DNA of 64,000 nucleotides from positions 15,128,001 through 15,192,000 of the forward strand of contig CM059449.1 of assembly GCA_030390025.1 (NCBI GenBank), written 5' to 3'. Source of the DNA: Squalus acanthias. Taxonomy: Eukaryota. How positions within the stretch are numbered: the stretch's first letter is position 1; every line of letters starts with the position of its first letter. This document shows, piece by piece, positions 62,249 through 64,000 of the stretch. The translations under genes and the position numbers were made by a program. Below the pieces are notes generated by a model, which saw nothing but the letters and a program-made list of their open reading frames with translations, was not told the DNA's origin and searched no databases.

Positions 62249-62380
62249 CTCTCTTACGATGCCGGCTGATAATAATAACGACTATGATGATGATGATGAT
62301 CAGGAGAGGAACCGCTACCGCTGCATAGACGAGTGATGGGATCATTGGTGCGGACTCGCCGTGGCTGCTCTCTCCACCAC
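62249..62380 (-). CDS. NCR3-like: A3 stalk/TM exon
   Basis: Encodes SGGESSHGESAPMIPSLVYAAVAVPLLIIIIIIVVIIISRHRKR; 132 nt as in A1. Confidence 0.87.
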
Positions 62381-63939
62381 CTGTGTGTAAATGTAAAGTT
62401 TCTTTTGTGAGACAGAGCAGTCAAGAACAGGGCAATGGTCACATTGAGATTGAGTATCAGCAAATGTGACACTGATTCCCAATCCTCTTTGACATGCGGG
62501 GCTATTTCACACTGGCATACATCAAACTAGGCCACCGATCAAAACGCAAAATGTCACCAGTGGACAACTGGAGATATTCCCACCCTGGAAGTAACACTGG
62601 GAGAATGTTAATGCAGGGACGCTTAATGGGTTGGTGCCAGTTTCCTTTCTTTTAAATAGCGGGGGTGGGGTGGGGATCGTGTGAGTTCTGTTAACATAGG
62701 AACATAGGAACAGCAGGAGGCCATTCAGCCCCTCCAGCCTGTTCCACCATTCAATGAGATCATGGCTGATCTGTGACCTAACTCCATATACCCGCCTTTT
62801 GCCCAATATCCCTTAATACATTTGGTTAACAAAAATCTATCAATCTCCGATTTAAAATTCACAATTCACCCAGCATCAGTTGTCGTTTGAGGAAGAGAGC
62901 TCCAAAGTTTTACCACCCTTTTGTGTGTGTAGAACTGTTTCCTAATTTCACTCCTGAAAGGTTTAGCTCTATTTTTTACGCCATGTCCCCGAGTCCTAAA
63001 CTCCCCAATCAGATGAAGTTATTTCTCTCTATCTACCATCTCCGTTCCCCTTAATATCTCGAGAGTGTCCCGCCCAGTTTTCTTGAATTCACTAGACCCT
63101 GGAGATCCAATTGGATCCTGAGCACGAACGAGAAAATCTTCCCCTCCTATTTGCTGGATGCTTAAGACAAATCGAACATCTGGAAATTAGACGTGCCGAG
63201 ACTGGGTGATCAATGCAGTTCTTCTGCGGACCCATCTTTGCATTTTGTTGGCGCGCAATGTTGTAATTTCCATTTACGCACACAACTATATCCGTCAGTA
63301 CCTCCATTTACAAGATGACAGTGAAATCTAACGTATCATAGATGTGTGGAACGGTTTATTCCTAATATTGTCACGCGGTGATTTCAAGGCTCAAGTGTTG
63401 CTCTTATTACTGGGCTCTAGTCTTCGCCTCGCATACTGTAACTGGGTTGACTACTTATCTATAGTCATACCTAAAATTGTATACAGCAACTGAGTGTAAT
63501 TAATATCCCCTCCATTCATTTATTTTAAAAGGTCATTCTCGGGATACGGGCGACGCTGGCGAGGCGGGCATGTTATTGTCCATCTCTGGTTCATCCCTTG
63601 AGAAGGTGGTTGTGGGCCGCCTTCTTCTTGAACTGCTGCAGCCCGGTGTGGTGAAGGTTCTCCCGCAGTGCTGTTAGGGAGGCAGTTCCAGGGTTTTGGA
63701 AGGAACAGCGATACAAGTCCAAATCAGGCTGGTGTGTGACTTGGAGAGGAACTTGGAGGGGATGGCGTTCCCATGCTTCTGCTGCCCTTGACCTTCTAGG
63801 TGGTGGAGATCGCGAGTTTGGGAGTTCCAATTGATAGAATGGAGAATTTACCGAAACTGACAATATTACCCCCTAGAAAAATCCCATATGATTGCGTGAA
63901 ATTTCATTGGTAAGAATATCTCCACCAATCCAAACTTAC

Positions 63940-64000
63940 TGTATTGACGCCGTTCCACGGTCACTTTTGTCCCGGGTCCGTCTGCTGCAGCGAATCCCAC
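63940..64000 (-). CDS. NCR3-like: A3 V exon 3' end (truncated by the window edge)
   Basis: Encodes VGFAAADGPGTKVTVERRQY|gtaagt, matching the end of the A1 V exon. Confidence 0.85.

Larger units (their letters stand above)
53511..64000. repeat. Cassette copy 3 (5'-truncated, continues past the window)
   Basis: Matches ~18341-28205 and ~40788-48897. Confidence 0.85.

Noticed and set aside
1-64000. CRISPR arrays, operons or other prokaryotic systems
   Set aside because: The sequence is vertebrate genomic DNA with spliceosomal introns and no repeat-spacer array

Overview
Eukaryotic genomic DNA, almost certainly a cartilaginous fish (shark), judged from dense CR1/L2 LINE fragments, Deu-domain and tRNA-type SINEs, Penelope fragments and GT-AG introns. 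The window is a cluster of non-rearranging, single-exon VJ-type Ig-domain receptor genes of the NCR3/NKp30 family. Reading splice sites by hand gives two complete gene models. (i) An inhibitory receptor (A1, minus strand, 7 exons, 30822->22910, 243 aa): leader, V, neutral TM and a cytoplasmic tail with two ITIMs (LQYATL, VLYASV) plus a proximal PLYAVI motif. (ii) An activating-type receptor (B2, plus strand, 3 exons, 35966->41254, 172 aa): leader, V, stalk Cys, TM with a Lys and almost no tail. The two types sit tail-to-tail in a cassette present three times. Order: <-C (leader+V, runs off the left end), B1 pseudogene->, <-A1, B2->, <-A2 (orphan tail), a 4.6-kb unrelated block, B3 (TM relic)->, <-A3 (runs off the right end). 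The window also holds three independent insertions of a ~750-bp TIR element and minimal hammerhead ribozyme motifs in Penelope-like fragments. Exon coordinates were read directly; repeat boundaries are approximate; no database search was possible.
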